A DNA stretch of 64,000 nucleotides, taken from positions 19,365 through 83,364 of the forward strand of contig JBCDFZ010000022.1 in NCBI GenBank assembly GCA_039177115.1, in the 5' to 3' direction. A program made the translations under genes and the position numbers. Positions 27,737 through 37,058 of this stretch are shown here, piece by piece. Source of the DNA: Myxococcota bacterium. GTDB lineage: Bacteria; Myxococcota_A; Polyangia; Polyangiales; Houyiibacteriaceae. The notes under the pieces were generated by a model. That model made no database searches. It was not told the DNA's origin and was given only the letters and a program-made list of their open reading frames with translations. The stretch's first letter is position 1. Each line of letters begins with the position of its first letter.

Positions 27737-27835
27737 TTTACAACTTAACTGACTGGGATTCGCCAATGTGCGTCGCGGCCTTGTTCGAGTCAACCGAAAC
27801 CCAACGAATCCAAGCATTTACAAGCTTTTTACAAC
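27737..27835. promoter_or_regulatory. Three TTTACAA(C/G) repeats in a low-GC 236-bp divergent spacer
   Basis: TTTACAAC at 27737, TTTACAAG at 27817 and TTTACAAC at 27828. -35-like hexamers between 27710 (-) and 27947 (+). Confidence 0.35.
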
Positions 27836-27946
27836 TGGATCATCAGCGGTTTTTCGGCCAACTAGCCAAGATCACTGCGATCTTTTTTACGCAGTTGCCG
27901 TGACGGCTCGCCGTGCAGATTCGCAGCGCTCTGCCACCCTTCGGCC

Positions 27947-28366
27947 ATGCCCCTGCTCGATACGCTCAACGAGGACCTGAAGAAGGCCATGCTCGACCGT
28001 GACGAGGTCACGCGTGACACGCTCCGAATGCTCAAGTCCGAGCTGCTCACCCAAGAGAGTCCCGACGAGATGGCGGTGCTCTCCCGTGCGGTGAAGTCGC
28101 GAAAGGACAGCGCTCAGAGCTACCGCGAAGGCGGTCGCGAGGACCTGGCCGAAAAAGAAGAGGCCGAGATTGCGGTCATCGAACGCTACCTCCCGAAGCA
28201 GCTCACCGAGGCCGAAGCCCGCGAGGCGATCGAGGCGATCGTCGCTGACCTCGGCGTTTCAACCAAAAAAGATCTCGGTCGGGTCATGAAGGAAGTGATG
28301 GCCCGCCACAAAGGCACCATCGACGGCAAGCAGGCATCCGCGATCGCCGCGCAGCTGCTCTCCTGA
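27947..28366 (+). CDS. yqeY: GatB/YqeY domain protein
   Basis: 139 aa. LNEDLKKAMLDRDEVTRDTLRMLKSEL and C-terminal KDLGRVMKEVMARHKGTIDGKQ. Confidence 0.88.
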   Translation: MPLLDTLNEDLKKAMLDRDEVTRDTLRMLKSELLTQESPDEMAVLSRAVKSRKDSAQSYREGGREDLAEKEEAEIAVIERYLPKQLTEAEAREAIEAIVADLGVSTKKDLGRVMKEVMARHKGTIDGKQASAIAAQLLS

Positions 28367-28427
28367 AGAGCCTCCCCCGTCGAGCCGCGGCGGCAGCACG
28401 TTCGGGTGGGTCGGAGGCATCAGAGAG

Positions 28428-29615
28428 CTAGCGCGACTGGACCCAGAGCCGGTACCGTTCGCGGATCTTCCGACGTTCCTCTGAAGGCATATCCGGCGAG
28501 TATCCAAAGTCCTGGCCAGACTGGCTCGCGAGGTCGCGGGCGACGATCGCACGAATCTCCGCGTCTTCGTGGTCGAGGCTCTCGATCAGCCATTCGATGC
28601 GCGACTGTTTCCCATAGTCGTTCAACCACGCGCGCCATGCATCGGTATCGTTGCCAAAGTCCTGCGCGGTCAGCATGCGAAGTACGCGCCACGCGGCCTC
28701 GCCCAGAACGCCCCGCTCGCCAAGTGTCGTGATTAGCGATTCGACCGATCTTTCGTCGCGCAATACCGCAAGTGCACGCATCGCGAGCAGCCTCGACCGC
28801 TGGTCCGTCTCGACGGAAACCGCCAGCGATCGAAGCGAGTCTCGGACGCTTTCAATCCCCTGGAGCCCCTGAAACACCTCGAGCGCGTAAAGAGCCGTGC
28901 GCGAAACCCCTTGGTCGTCGTCGAAGAGCGCCGCCGCCAGCGGCTCGATGAGCTGAGGGTCCGGCAGCTCCGCGGCGACCAAGATTGCGTAGTAGCGGAT
29001 CTCTTCGCTCTCCGAGACGAGGAGTTCGGCAACGTACGGCACCGCGGCCTCGCCGAAGGCGACCATCGTCCGGCAAAGCCCCGACACGCTGCGGCCCTTG
29101 GGAGGCTGCACGTGGGGCTCCCATCGGTTGAACCACAGGCGCCCGGGAAACATCGCCTGCAGAGTGGGGAGCACGTCTGCCCCGAGGTCGCGGAGCGCGC
29201 GCTCGTCCGGCGCCTCTTCGTTGGGACCGTGGAGGCCGAGCCGCATCACCATGGTCTCGACCCGCGTCGTGAAGGCGGGCGGTTCGATGGTGGGCAGTGC
29301 GGTTCGCGGCGCCGTGCCGACCGCGGTCAATCCGGTGACCGCCAGTCGCTCCTCGAGGAACTTCACGGCCGCCGACCGACCTTCCTCGGCGCGTGCAGGT
29401 GGGATCCCTGTCCACCGTCGAAACGCGCGGCCGAGCTCGCGGTCGGGCCACCACTTGGCTTCCAAGCTTTCGCCCGGAGGCGGACTCGATGTTCGCCACC
29501 GCGTGTTCGGCGACTCGGAAGTGGGCGTTTCGCTCTCCACGTCGCCGGCGACCGGGTCCGACGGGGCGTTCCGGATCAAGTACGTCGAATCACGCTTGTC
29601 GTCGTCGAAGCCCAC
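28428..29615 (-). CDS. HEAT-repeat protein
   Basis: ORF 28428-29813. A GTG at 29615 lies 25 nt after the Rieske gene stop (codon 29641-29643). The C-terminal half has HEAT-like repeats (EEIRYYAILVAAELPDPQLIEPLAAALFDDDQGVSRTALYAL; DHEDAEIRAIVARDLA). The start is uncertain. Confidence 0.7.
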   Translation of the reverse strand: MGFDDDKRDSTYLIRNAPSDPVAGDVESETPTSESPNTRWRTSSPPPGESLEAKWWPDRELGRAFRRWTGIPPARAEEGRSAAVKFLEERLAVTGLTAVGTAPRTALPTIEPPAFTTRVETMVMRLGLHGPNEEAPDERALRDLGADVLPTLQAMFPGRLWFNRWEPHVQPPKGRSVSGLCRTMVAFGEAAVPYVAELLVSESEEIRYYAILVAAELPDPQLIEPLAAALFDDDQGVSRTALYALEVFQGLQGIESVRDSLRSLAVSVETDQRSRLLAMRALAVLRDERSVESLITTLGERGVLGEAAWRVLRMLTAQDFGNDTDAWRAWLNDYGKQSRIEWLIESLDHEDAEIRAIVARDLASQSGQDFGYSPDMPSEERRKIRERYRLWVQSR

Positions 29616-29640
29616 CGCGATCAGAGTACACGAAGTTCCA

Positions 29641-30723
29641 CTAAACGAGCATTTTGATCCGACGCTCTTCCTCGCCGTCGCGAAGCTTTCCCGCGACGGC
29701 TTCTCGCAGCAGCTTCTTGATTCGCAGTCCGAGGACGTCGATCTCGGTCGACACGAACGCTTCGCCACCGAAGCGGGCGACCTGTTCGGTTTGTCGCTGC
29801 AGGATTCCCGCATCTTGCCTGACGATGTGCATCGCGGAAGGTTTGACCACGGTGCGGAGGATCGCGTTCGGAATGGGTACCTTCACCGCGACGGTCGCGA
29901 AGAGGTCGGTCACCGATGCAGTTCGCGGTGTGAGCGCGGCCGTCGTGACGATATGGGCGCGCTCGCTGAGGCGGTACTCCACCTGCGCGATGCAGGGCAA
30001 AATGAACCGGTCCCAGTGAAGGACTTCGCCCCCCGTTGGGGACAGGAGCTTTCCGACGAGGCCCTCCGGGCGCTTTTCGCCTACGTACTGGGCTTCCACG
30101 CGGTCTCGCTGCGTTCGGACGACGACCTCGATCGGGCTTCGATCCTTGTTCTTTCGGAAAAGACCCGCGTGGACGAACGCCGTGTGGGGCACGTCGAGAG
30201 CGTTCTCCGCCACCGCGTCGAGCGGGCCGGGCATCTCCAGTCGCTCGCGCACGGTGAAGTAGCCCGACTGATCTGCGCAGGGGATCGCGTACGGAGCGAA
30301 GTCGGGCTGCACGTCTGGAACGGAATACACCCAGAGCCAACCCTGCGAGTCGCGACACGCGTACGAAGGCACTCGGCGACTCGGGTGTTCGGCATCACCG
30401 CAGAGCCCTGGAACCTCACGGCAAGCACCTGTGCCGTCGAACTGCCACCCGTGGTACGCGCACTCGAGGTTCGAACCGACCACGCGTCCGAGCGACAGCG
30501 GCGCGTTGCGGTGTGCGCATCGATCGACGAGGACGGCAGGTCGCCCGTTTACGTCCCGGAAACTTACGACGGGTAGGCCGCCTAACAGATAAGGCCGCGG
30601 TTTGATTCCAACGTCGCGACTCGCCGAAAGAACGTACCAGCCGGGCGCGATTTCCAAGACACGCTGCGCATCGTTTTCGTGGAATGTGTTCATCGTGTTT
30701 TCGGTGCGCACATTTTTTCGCAA
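29641..30723 (-). CDS. Rieske [2Fe-2S] non-haem iron oxygenase, PaO/Tic55-like
   Basis: Rieske CAHRNAPLSLG...CAYHGWQF. Mononuclear iron motif NALDVPHTAFVH. The start is 30723 or 30693. Confidence 0.88.
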   Translation of the reverse strand: MRKNVRTENTMNTFHENDAQRVLEIAPGWYVLSASRDVGIKPRPYLLGGLPVVSFRDVNGRPAVLVDRCAHRNAPLSLGRVVGSNLECAYHGWQFDGTGACREVPGLCGDAEHPSRRVPSYACRDSQGWLWVYSVPDVQPDFAPYAIPCADQSGYFTVRERLEMPGPLDAVAENALDVPHTAFVHAGLFRKNKDRSPIEVVVRTQRDRVEAQYVGEKRPEGLVGKLLSPTGGEVLHWDRFILPCIAQVEYRLSERAHIVTTAALTPRTASVTDLFATVAVKVPIPNAILRTVVKPSAMHIVRQDAGILQRQTEQVARFGGEAFVSTEIDVLGLRIKKLLREAVAGKLRDGEEERRIKMLV

Positions 30724-30783
30724 TCGTTCATTCTCGTTTCAACTGCGTAAAATACCATGCTTGTCACAGGTTTTCGCGTGGAA
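30673..30783. promoter_or_regulatory. Direct repeats GTTTTCG(C)GTGGAA flanking the Rieske/TetR divergent promoter, plus additional TTTTCG copies
   Basis: GTTTTCGTGGAA at 30673-30684 and GTTTTCGCGTGGAA at 30770-30783. TAAAAT (-10-like) at 30748-30753. Confidence 0.35.
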
Positions 30784-30813
30784 CGACCTTCGGTCCGCTG
30801 CTACGAGAGCCTC

Positions 30814-31419
30814 ATGTCACGGCAAATCAACAAGGAACGCACGCGACTCCGCCTGCTCCAAGCGATCCTGAAAACGATCCATCGCTTTGGGCACGGAACA
30901 CTCACCACGGGGCGAGTCGCGCAGCTTGCAGGGGTGGCGCAGCCTACGTTCTACGTTCACTTCCGAAGCATGGATCAAGCACTCGAGCAGGTCGCTGAAT
31001 GGGTCTCGCTCGAACTCGGCCCGGCGTTTTCGCCTGAGGCTGCGGCAGAGCGCGAGCGCGCGGGGGAAGTGCTCGAGCAGGCCGTATCCAAGTGCTGCCA
31101 CTCTCTTCTCGACGACCGCAAAGTCGCTGAGGTGTTCCTCCGAAATCGTCGGGACGTGACCACGCCGCTCGGGCGCCGCTGGACCACGCTCACCGAGGCG
31201 TTCCGCGATCGCATGACTCAGATGGTCTTCCAGGTCCGTCCAGACATCGTGCCGGCCGACGCCGCGCTTCATTCCGAGATGCTCGTCAGCATCATCTTCG
31301 GGCTCACCGAAGCCGCGCTCGATGGACGCCTGACGGACGTCGACCGGGCCGCTTCCATGGCCTCCCGCGCCATCGTCGCGAGCATTCTGTCAAACGCCCG
31401 CGTCGCCGACGCCGCCTGA
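30814..31419 (+). CDS. TetR-family transcriptional regulator
   Basis: Met 20 of ORF 30757-31419. HTH RLRLLQAILKTIHRFGHGTLTTGRVAQLAGVAQPTFYVHFRSMDQAL. Confidence 0.88.
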   Translation: MSRQINKERTRLRLLQAILKTIHRFGHGTLTTGRVAQLAGVAQPTFYVHFRSMDQALEQVAEWVSLELGPAFSPEAAAERERAGEVLEQAVSKCCHSLLDDRKVAEVFLRNRRDVTTPLGRRWTTLTEAFRDRMTQMVFQVRPDIVPADAALHSEMLVSIIFGLTEAALDGRLTDVDRAASMASRAIVASILSNARVADAA

Positions 31420-31531
31420 GGGTTTCTCGTCTCTAGGGGTGCCCTGAGAGAACCGACTGCTCGGTCTCTCCCTCTCGGAGTTCAGCCGGGCGCAATGTGC
31501 TACCCTCATCGTCCATTGCCGAGCGGGCAGG

Positions 31532-32713
31532 ATGGCGATGAGGTCTACACTGCGTACGAAGATCCTGGTGTGCTTGTGCGTTGCCTGGTCGGGTGGCTGC
31601 GGCGACCCGGAGGTACTCTTACCTCCCGAACCTGCGATCGAGGTCGATGCGAAGATCTGCGGCGACGGTGGCATCGGTTTCGCGGCTCACCAGATGTCCC
31701 TCTGCTGCGGAGCCGTCCACCCAGGACAACTCGTGGCGTGGGAGCTTGGACGATTCCTAGCGGTCGATCCGTCGTGTGAGTTCGTCGTGACCAACTACGT
31801 CGACGATAGCCTCGGCACGGCGATCGGCGGTCGACTTACCACCGAACAAGCGGAGGAGCTTCGGCGTGTCCTTTCGCTCGGCGACTTCGGCAACTTGCCT
31901 CCCAGAATCGGACTCGAGTCGACCTTTCCTCCGGCCGGAACCAACCGCTACGCGTGGGGAGACCAACGAGTCGAGTTCGGAGCGGGCACGACACGACCGG
32001 ATGGAGAAGCCCTGGTTCAACGGTTCAATGACCTCTTCGACGAAATTGCGTCTCGACTGCGCGGTTGGGGTCGTCCCGTCGAAGGGCCAGTGCGCTACGT
32101 GGTCTTTTCAGAGGGGACCGCTCAGCCAGACCAGGCCATCGAGGAGACGCGACTCGAGTGGCCGCTCGATGTGCCGCTCGGCCTTCTTTCGGTGCACGTA
32201 CCTGACCCGGGAAGCACCTTTGCCTTTCCTCGTGCTTGGGAAGCAAGGGACGAGGATGCCGTCGCGTTGAAATCACTCCGTGAGGAATGGCTATCGACTC
32301 AGTTCGGCCGGCGGTTTCCGAGCTCCATTCGCATAACGGAAACTGACGACCGAATGTTCTCCGTTTACATACGAGACGTCGTCGACTTTGAGGTCGACAC
32401 CAGGCCGGTTGTCCCCTGGGCGACCACCGGGACGCTACATACCGAGGTGCGGGCGCCGGCCAGCACCGAAGCGATTGCACTCGAGGTCACCTGCGATGGT
32501 CGGAACGCCGCGCGCACCTCGCTCGAGCTCGTTTCCACGGGTGACGACACGGCTCGCTGGGGTGGAACCACGGAAGGTCTTCCCATCACCGAGTGTGATG
32601 GGCGTGTAGTCGCGGTCCATCCGGACCGAGAGCTCCAGTGCGATCCCATCGAGGCAGTCGTCATCCCACAAGGATGGTCGGCCACGAGGATCGTCGACTG
32701 CGTTTCGCCCTAG
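31532..32713 (+). CDS. Hypothetical lipoprotein
   Basis: MAMRSTLRTKILVCLCVAWSGGC|GD lipobox. 393 aa with no recognisable domain. Confidence 0.6.
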   Translation: MAMRSTLRTKILVCLCVAWSGGCGDPEVLLPPEPAIEVDAKICGDGGIGFAAHQMSLCCGAVHPGQLVAWELGRFLAVDPSCEFVVTNYVDDSLGTAIGGRLTTEQAEELRRVLSLGDFGNLPPRIGLESTFPPAGTNRYAWGDQRVEFGAGTTRPDGEALVQRFNDLFDEIASRLRGWGRPVEGPVRYVVFSEGTAQPDQAIEETRLEWPLDVPLGLLSVHVPDPGSTFAFPRAWEARDEDAVALKSLREEWLSTQFGRRFPSSIRITETDDRMFSVYIRDVVDFEVDTRPVVPWATTGTLHTEVRAPASTEAIALEVTCDGRNAARTSLELVSTGDDTARWGGTTEGLPITECDGRVVAVHPDRELQCDPIEAVVIPQGWSATRIVDCVSP

Positions 32714-32792
32714 ACGCCGCGCATTCCACGCCCAACTCGCCTCACCTCGTCGAGGGCTTTTGCCGAGACCTCGGGCGTGTTAACCCCTCCGC

Positions 32793-33971
32793 GTGACCGA
32801 TTTGTTCAACCCTACACCGGAGCACCGAGCGCTCCGGGAGATGGTCCGCGCATTTGCGGAGCGTGAGATCGACCCGCAGGCCGAAGCATCCGACCAGGCG
32901 GAACGCTTCAACATCGAGCTCTTCCACAGGCTCGGGGAGCTTGGCCTCCTCGGCGTCACGGTTGACGAGCGCTTCGGGGGCTCTGGCCTCGACCCTGTCG
33001 CGGCGGTGATCGTGCATGAAGAGATTGCAGCGGCCGACCCGGGTTTCGCACTGGCGTATCTCGCGCACTCGATGCTGTTCGCCAACAACCTTCAGGTGAA
33101 CGGGAGTGACGCGCAGCGCGCGAAGTATCTCCCCGACGCGTGCACCGGTGCCAAGGTGTGCGGCATGGGGATGTCCGAGCCTGGCGCAGGCACCGATGTG
33201 CTCGGCCTCCAAAGTGCAGCCGTGAAGCGGGGTGACAAGTACGTGTTGAACGGTGCCAAGATGTGGATCACGAACGGCGCGATCAGCGAGACCGAACTCG
33301 GCGACACATTCCTCATCTACGCACGGCTCGAAGGACAGGGCCGCAGTCAGCTCTGCATGTTCATCGTCGAGAAGGGCTTTCCCGGCTTCAAGCTCGGTCA
33401 GAAGATCAAGGGCAAGCTCGGGATGCGCGCTTCCACCACAGCGGAGCTCGTCTTCGAGGACTGCGAAGTCCCTGCCGAGAACCTCGTTGGTGAGGAGGGC
33501 ACCGCGACGCTTCACATGATGCGGAACCTCGAGATCGAGCGGGTGACCCTCGCCGCCATGAGTCTTGGTATCGCGCGCCGCTCCGTCGAGGTGATGAACC
33601 AGTACGCAACCGATCGGCAGTCGTTCGGGAAATCGCTGCGGGACTTCGGCCAGGTGCAGCGCCACATCGCCGAGTCCTACGCAGAGTTCATGGCTGGACG
33701 AACGTACACGTATCACACGGCTGCCACGATGAGCCTCGAAACCCCGGGTCAGCGGCTCGACACCGACGGGGTCAAGCTCTTTACTTCGACCATGGCCAAG
33801 CACGTGGCCGACCGCGCGATTCAGGTGCTGGGCGGCTACGGGTATGTAGCCGAGTACGCAGTCGAACGGCTGTGGCGCGACGCCAAGCTACTCGAGATCG
33901 GGGGCGGGACGCTCGAGGCGCACCAGAAGAACATGACTCGCGAGCTTTCCCGGACCGAACGGATTCTGTGA
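32793..33971 (+). CDS. Acyl-CoA dehydrogenase, isovaleryl-CoA dehydrogenase-like
   Basis: 392 aa. GLLGVTVDERFGGSGLD, MSEPGAGTDV, NGAKMWITNG and the C-terminal EIGGGT motif. Overall order matches IVD/LiuA. Confidence 0.92.
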   Translation: MTDLFNPTPEHRALREMVRAFAEREIDPQAEASDQAERFNIELFHRLGELGLLGVTVDERFGGSGLDPVAAVIVHEEIAAADPGFALAYLAHSMLFANNLQVNGSDAQRAKYLPDACTGAKVCGMGMSEPGAGTDVLGLQSAAVKRGDKYVLNGAKMWITNGAISETELGDTFLIYARLEGQGRSQLCMFIVEKGFPGFKLGQKIKGKLGMRASTTAELVFEDCEVPAENLVGEEGTATLHMMRNLEIERVTLAAMSLGIARRSVEVMNQYATDRQSFGKSLRDFGQVQRHIAESYAEFMAGRTYTYHTAATMSLETPGQRLDTDGVKLFTSTMAKHVADRAIQVLGGYGYVAEYAVERLWRDAKLLEIGGGTLEAHQKNMTRELSRTERIL

Positions 33972-33989
33972 GAAAGCCCACAGTCGGCC

Positions 33990-34006
33990 AGATCGGCCGA
34001 TCTTTT
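33990..34006 (+). terminator. Weak terminator-like palindrome AGATCGGCCGATCT followed by TTT
   Basis: Read directly, 19 nt after the stop of the acyl-CoA dehydrogenase gene. The stem is short. Confidence 0.3.
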
Positions 34007-34139
34007 CGCCCCGCGGATTAGGCGGTGGGCACCGCGGACGGCTATGCTGATTCGTGGGACGACTCCTTGGGGGGGGACGAGGGCCACCGCGAGACAACGG
34101 GGTGGAATCTGCCTTGCCGGGAGGGTCCGAAGGACACGT

Positions 34140-36131
34140 GTGACGGAACAGTCAGCCAAGAAAGCAGAAGTCGAAGCGCCACCGCCGCCAGTCGACCTTC
34201 CGGTACTCGGTCGTTTCGCGGGCTACGACATCCTCGGACGCCTCGCGCTCGGGGGCATGGCCGAGATTCTGCTGGCGCGACACAAAGACACCGACGGTGA
34301 GACGAGATTCCTCGTCGTCAAGCGGATCCTTCCGCACTTCGAACAGGACAACGACTTCGTCCAGATGTTCCTCGACGAGGCTCGCATCGGGATGCAGCTC
34401 AAGCACCCGAACATTTGCAAGTTCCATCAGTTTGGTGCCGACGAAGGCTCCCACTTCATCGTCATGGAGTGGGTCAACGGGATGCCGCTCGGCCGACTGA
34501 TTCGAAAAGCGCGAAAGCAGGGAGGCATCGGGCTCCCGATCGCGCTTCGAGTCGGCGCCGACATCGCGCGCGCCCTTCACTACTCGCACACCGCGGACGA
34601 CGAGCACGGCGAACCGTTCAACATGATTCATCGCGACGTCTCGCCGCACAACATCATGATCGGCTACGACGGCGTCGCGAAGCTTCTCGACTTCGGCATC
34701 GCCAAGGCCGACCATCGCGCTCACAAAACGCAGGCCGGTGTGGTGAAAGGCAAGTTCGCCTACATGGCCCCCGAGCAGTGCACGGGCGCCGCAGCCGACC
34801 ACCGGCTCGATATCTTCGCGCTCGGTGTCTGTATTTTCGAAACTCTCACGGGCCGCTCCCTTTACCGTCGACAGACCGAAGCTGCCACGATGCGCGCGGT
34901 CATCATGGATCCGGTGCCATCGCTCAAAGAGCGTCTACCGGACGTGCCGGAAGAACTCGACATGATCCTCCAGAAGGCGCTCGCGAAGGACGCCGGCGAC
35001 CGCTTTGCTACCGCTGGGGAGTTTGCAGACGCACTCGAGAAGCTCGGCAAGTCGCGTCAGCAGTTTGCGCGTCAGCGTGAGGTGTCCGACTTCGTCAAGA
35101 AGATCTTCCCCGAGGAGTTCAATCGGGGCCCACGGGTCGACACGGTGCCCTTCGGTGCGTCGTACAGCGTCGACATGCACCACGAGAACGACTCCTCGAA
35201 GTCGTACATGTCGCAGATTCCCGGCGTCCGGGAGCTCGAGGTCGAGGGGGTCAATGGGCTCGATCTCAGCCACTTGCTCGATACCGGTTCGGAGCCGGAG
35301 GCCAAGCCTGCAGAGCCTGAGGATGAATCGTCAGGGCCGCGTCTTAGCCAGACACCTCAGCTCGAGGTGCCGAAGGCCGTCGTGCCAAGGCCGGCGCCGC
35401 ATCGTCGGCCGTCGACTCCCGTCGGCGGGGCGAGAGGGTCGTGGAAGCTCGTTCTCGCACTCGCGGCTGCGGTCGTCGGTGCCTTCTTCTACTTCGATGG
35501 CAAAACCCAGGTTCAGGCCTGGGCGAAGCAGGTTGAAAAGATGTTCGAGGAAGAAGGTCCCACGCAGATCCCGCAGGCCGATAATCCGCTTCTGCAAGAG
35601 CACGGCGCCCGCATCTTGGTGGCTTCGTCGCCGCCCGGCGCGAAGATCTACCTCGATGGCAAAGAGCAGGGCATGACGCCGGTGGCGCTGACGGGCCTCA
35701 TGCAGGGCGAGTACCGCATTCGGGTGGAGGCGCCGGGGTTCGCGTCTTGGTCAACGACCGCGAAGGTCTCCACGGGCGAGACTGCGGGTGTGACCGCGCG
35801 GCTGATCGGCAAGCAGGGCGGTGCTCAGCCTGGCGCCTACGGGCGAATCGACGTCGACACGACGCCTTCGACCGACGTATTCATCGGTGGCGATCTGCTG
35901 GGCCGTACGCCGATGGAGAACGTCTACGTCCCTTTGGGGCGAGTTACCCTCGAGTTCGAGTTCAACAACGGACGCAAGGTGACCCGCAAGGTCAACGTTA
36001 AGTCGGACCGTGTGTCTCGTGCAGATTTCACGTTCCGCACGGAACGGCCCAAGGCAGCAGCGATGCCCGCGAGCGAGGCGGCCCCGGAGGCGCCAGAGCC
36101 CGACTCGTCCGAAGTGGCCGAAGCCCCTTGA
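34140..36131 (+). CDS. Ser/Thr protein kinase with TM segment and two C-terminal PEGA domains
   Basis: Kinase motifs GGMAEILLARHK, HRDVSPHN, DFGIAK and APEQ. TM helix WKLVLALAAAVVGAFFYF. PEGA-like ILVASSPPGAKIYLDGKEQGMTPV and IDVDTTPSTDVFIGGDLLGRTPM. The start is GTG 34140 or ATG 34044. Confidence 0.9.
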   Translation: MTEQSAKKAEVEAPPPPVDLPVLGRFAGYDILGRLALGGMAEILLARHKDTDGETRFLVVKRILPHFEQDNDFVQMFLDEARIGMQLKHPNICKFHQFGADEGSHFIVMEWVNGMPLGRLIRKARKQGGIGLPIALRVGADIARALHYSHTADDEHGEPFNMIHRDVSPHNIMIGYDGVAKLLDFGIAKADHRAHKTQAGVVKGKFAYMAPEQCTGAAADHRLDIFALGVCIFETLTGRSLYRRQTEAATMRAVIMDPVPSLKERLPDVPEELDMILQKALAKDAGDRFATAGEFADALEKLGKSRQQFARQREVSDFVKKIFPEEFNRGPRVDTVPFGASYSVDMHHENDSSKSYMSQIPGVRELEVEGVNGLDLSHLLDTGSEPEAKPAEPEDESSGPRLSQTPQLEVPKAVVPRPAPHRRPSTPVGGARGSWKLVLALAAAVVGAFFYFDGKTQVQAWAKQVEKMFEEEGPTQIPQADNPLLQEHGARILVASSPPGAKIYLDGKEQGMTPVALTGLMQGEYRIRVEAPGFASWSTTAKVSTGETAGVTARLIGKQGGAQPGAYGRIDVDTTPSTDVFIGGDLLGRTPMENVYVPLGRVTLEFEFNNGRKVTRKVNVKSDRVSRADFTFRTERPKAAAMPASEAAPEAPEPDSSEVAEAP

Positions 36132-36150
36132 GCGCGCCTCGAGCCTACCG

Positions 36151-37056
36151 CTACCGCTCCGCGTCTTGTCGCAGTCGCACGTAGCTATCGTAGCGGTTCG
36201 CGTCGATCTCGCCCCGCTCGACGGCCTCGAGGACGGCGCAGCCCGGCTCGTGGGTATGGCTGCATCCACGGAAAGCGCACTTGGAACGATACGGAGCAAA
36301 CTCCGGGAAGCATCGATCCAACGCATCGTGTGGAAGAGCCCATGCGCCGAGTTCGCGGATGCCCGGTGTGTCGGCGAGAAAGCCGCCCGACGAAAGGGGG
36401 TAGAGCGACGCGACGCGCGTGGTGTGTCGACCCTTTCCGTGGTGCGCACTCACGGTGGCCACCTCGAGCTCGAGGTTTGGCAGAAGGCCGTTGAGAAGGC
36501 TGCTCTTGCCCACGCCAGACGGACCCACGAAAACGGAGATCTTGTCGGCCAGGGTTTCCTCGAGTGCGGCCAAGCCTTCCTCACGCTCAGCGCTCACGGT
36601 CAGCGTCCGGTAGCCGATGTCGTCGTACACCGGCTGCCAGTCACGGTCCTTGGGGCCGGCGAGGTCGGCCTTGTTCATCACGATCACCGGGTCCACGCCC
36701 TGGTGCTCGGCAATGACCAGGAACCGATCGAGAAGCCGTGGGTTGAACAGCGGCTCACCATACGAGAACGTGATGAGCAGCTGGTCGAGGTTGGCGACCA
36801 CGACGTCTTCCTTCGGCGCACCGCGCCCAGGCTGTCGACGTGAGAACCGAGTGCTTCGTGGTAGTACCTCCGACACGGCCCACGCGTCGGGCGTCTCCTC
36901 TACGATCACGTGGTCGCCGATCACGCAGAGGTCGGTCCGTTTTGGCCCCTGCTTGAGCCGCCCTCGCATCCGGCATTGCACGGTGGTCCCGTCGTCGAGC
37001 CGGGCGTCGACGAAGCCAGCGGTCGACCGCATGACCAGGCCCTGCCGCGTGCTCAT
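36151..37056 (-). CDS. rsgA: Ribosome small-subunit-dependent GTPase A
   Basis: Internal Met of ORF 36151-37128. Circularly permuted GTPase (VMNKADL...VGPSGVGKSSLLN...DTPGIRE) and a C-terminal Zn cluster CAFRGCSHTHEPGC. The start codon lies directly after the globin stop codon. Confidence 0.9.
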   Translation of the reverse strand: MSTRQGLVMRSTAGFVDARLDDGTTVQCRMRGRLKQGPKRTDLCVIGDHVIVEETPDAWAVSEVLPRSTRFSRRQPGRGAPKEDVVVANLDQLLITFSYGEPLFNPRLLDRFLVIAEHQGVDPVIVMNKADLAGPKDRDWQPVYDDIGYRTLTVSAEREEGLAALEETLADKISVFVGPSGVGKSSLLNGLLPNLELEVATVSAHHGKGRHTTRVASLYPLSSGGFLADTPGIRELGAWALPHDALDRCFPEFAPYRSKCAFRGCSHTHEPGCAVLEAVERGEIDANRYDSYVRLRQDAER

Positions 37057-37058
37057 CG

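Noticed and set aside
23508-27752. Three long plus-strand ORFs (23508-25118, 24880-26310, 26421-27752)
   Set aside because: Each is antisense to a well-supported gene (proS, thiolase, hydroxyacyl-CoA dehydrogenase). No recognisable domains.
27781-27800. TTCGAGT T-loop-like string (possible tRNA)
   Set aside because: The flanking bases form only about 3 bp of a T-stem. No acceptor, D or anticodon arms could be built.
27649-27903. 84-aa ORF with CPFC...C motif spanning the low-GC spacer
   Set aside because: It starts antisense inside the dehydrogenase gene. Third-codon-position GC is only about half by eye, against very high values in real genes here. It is more likely a chance ORF in AT-rich promoter DNA.
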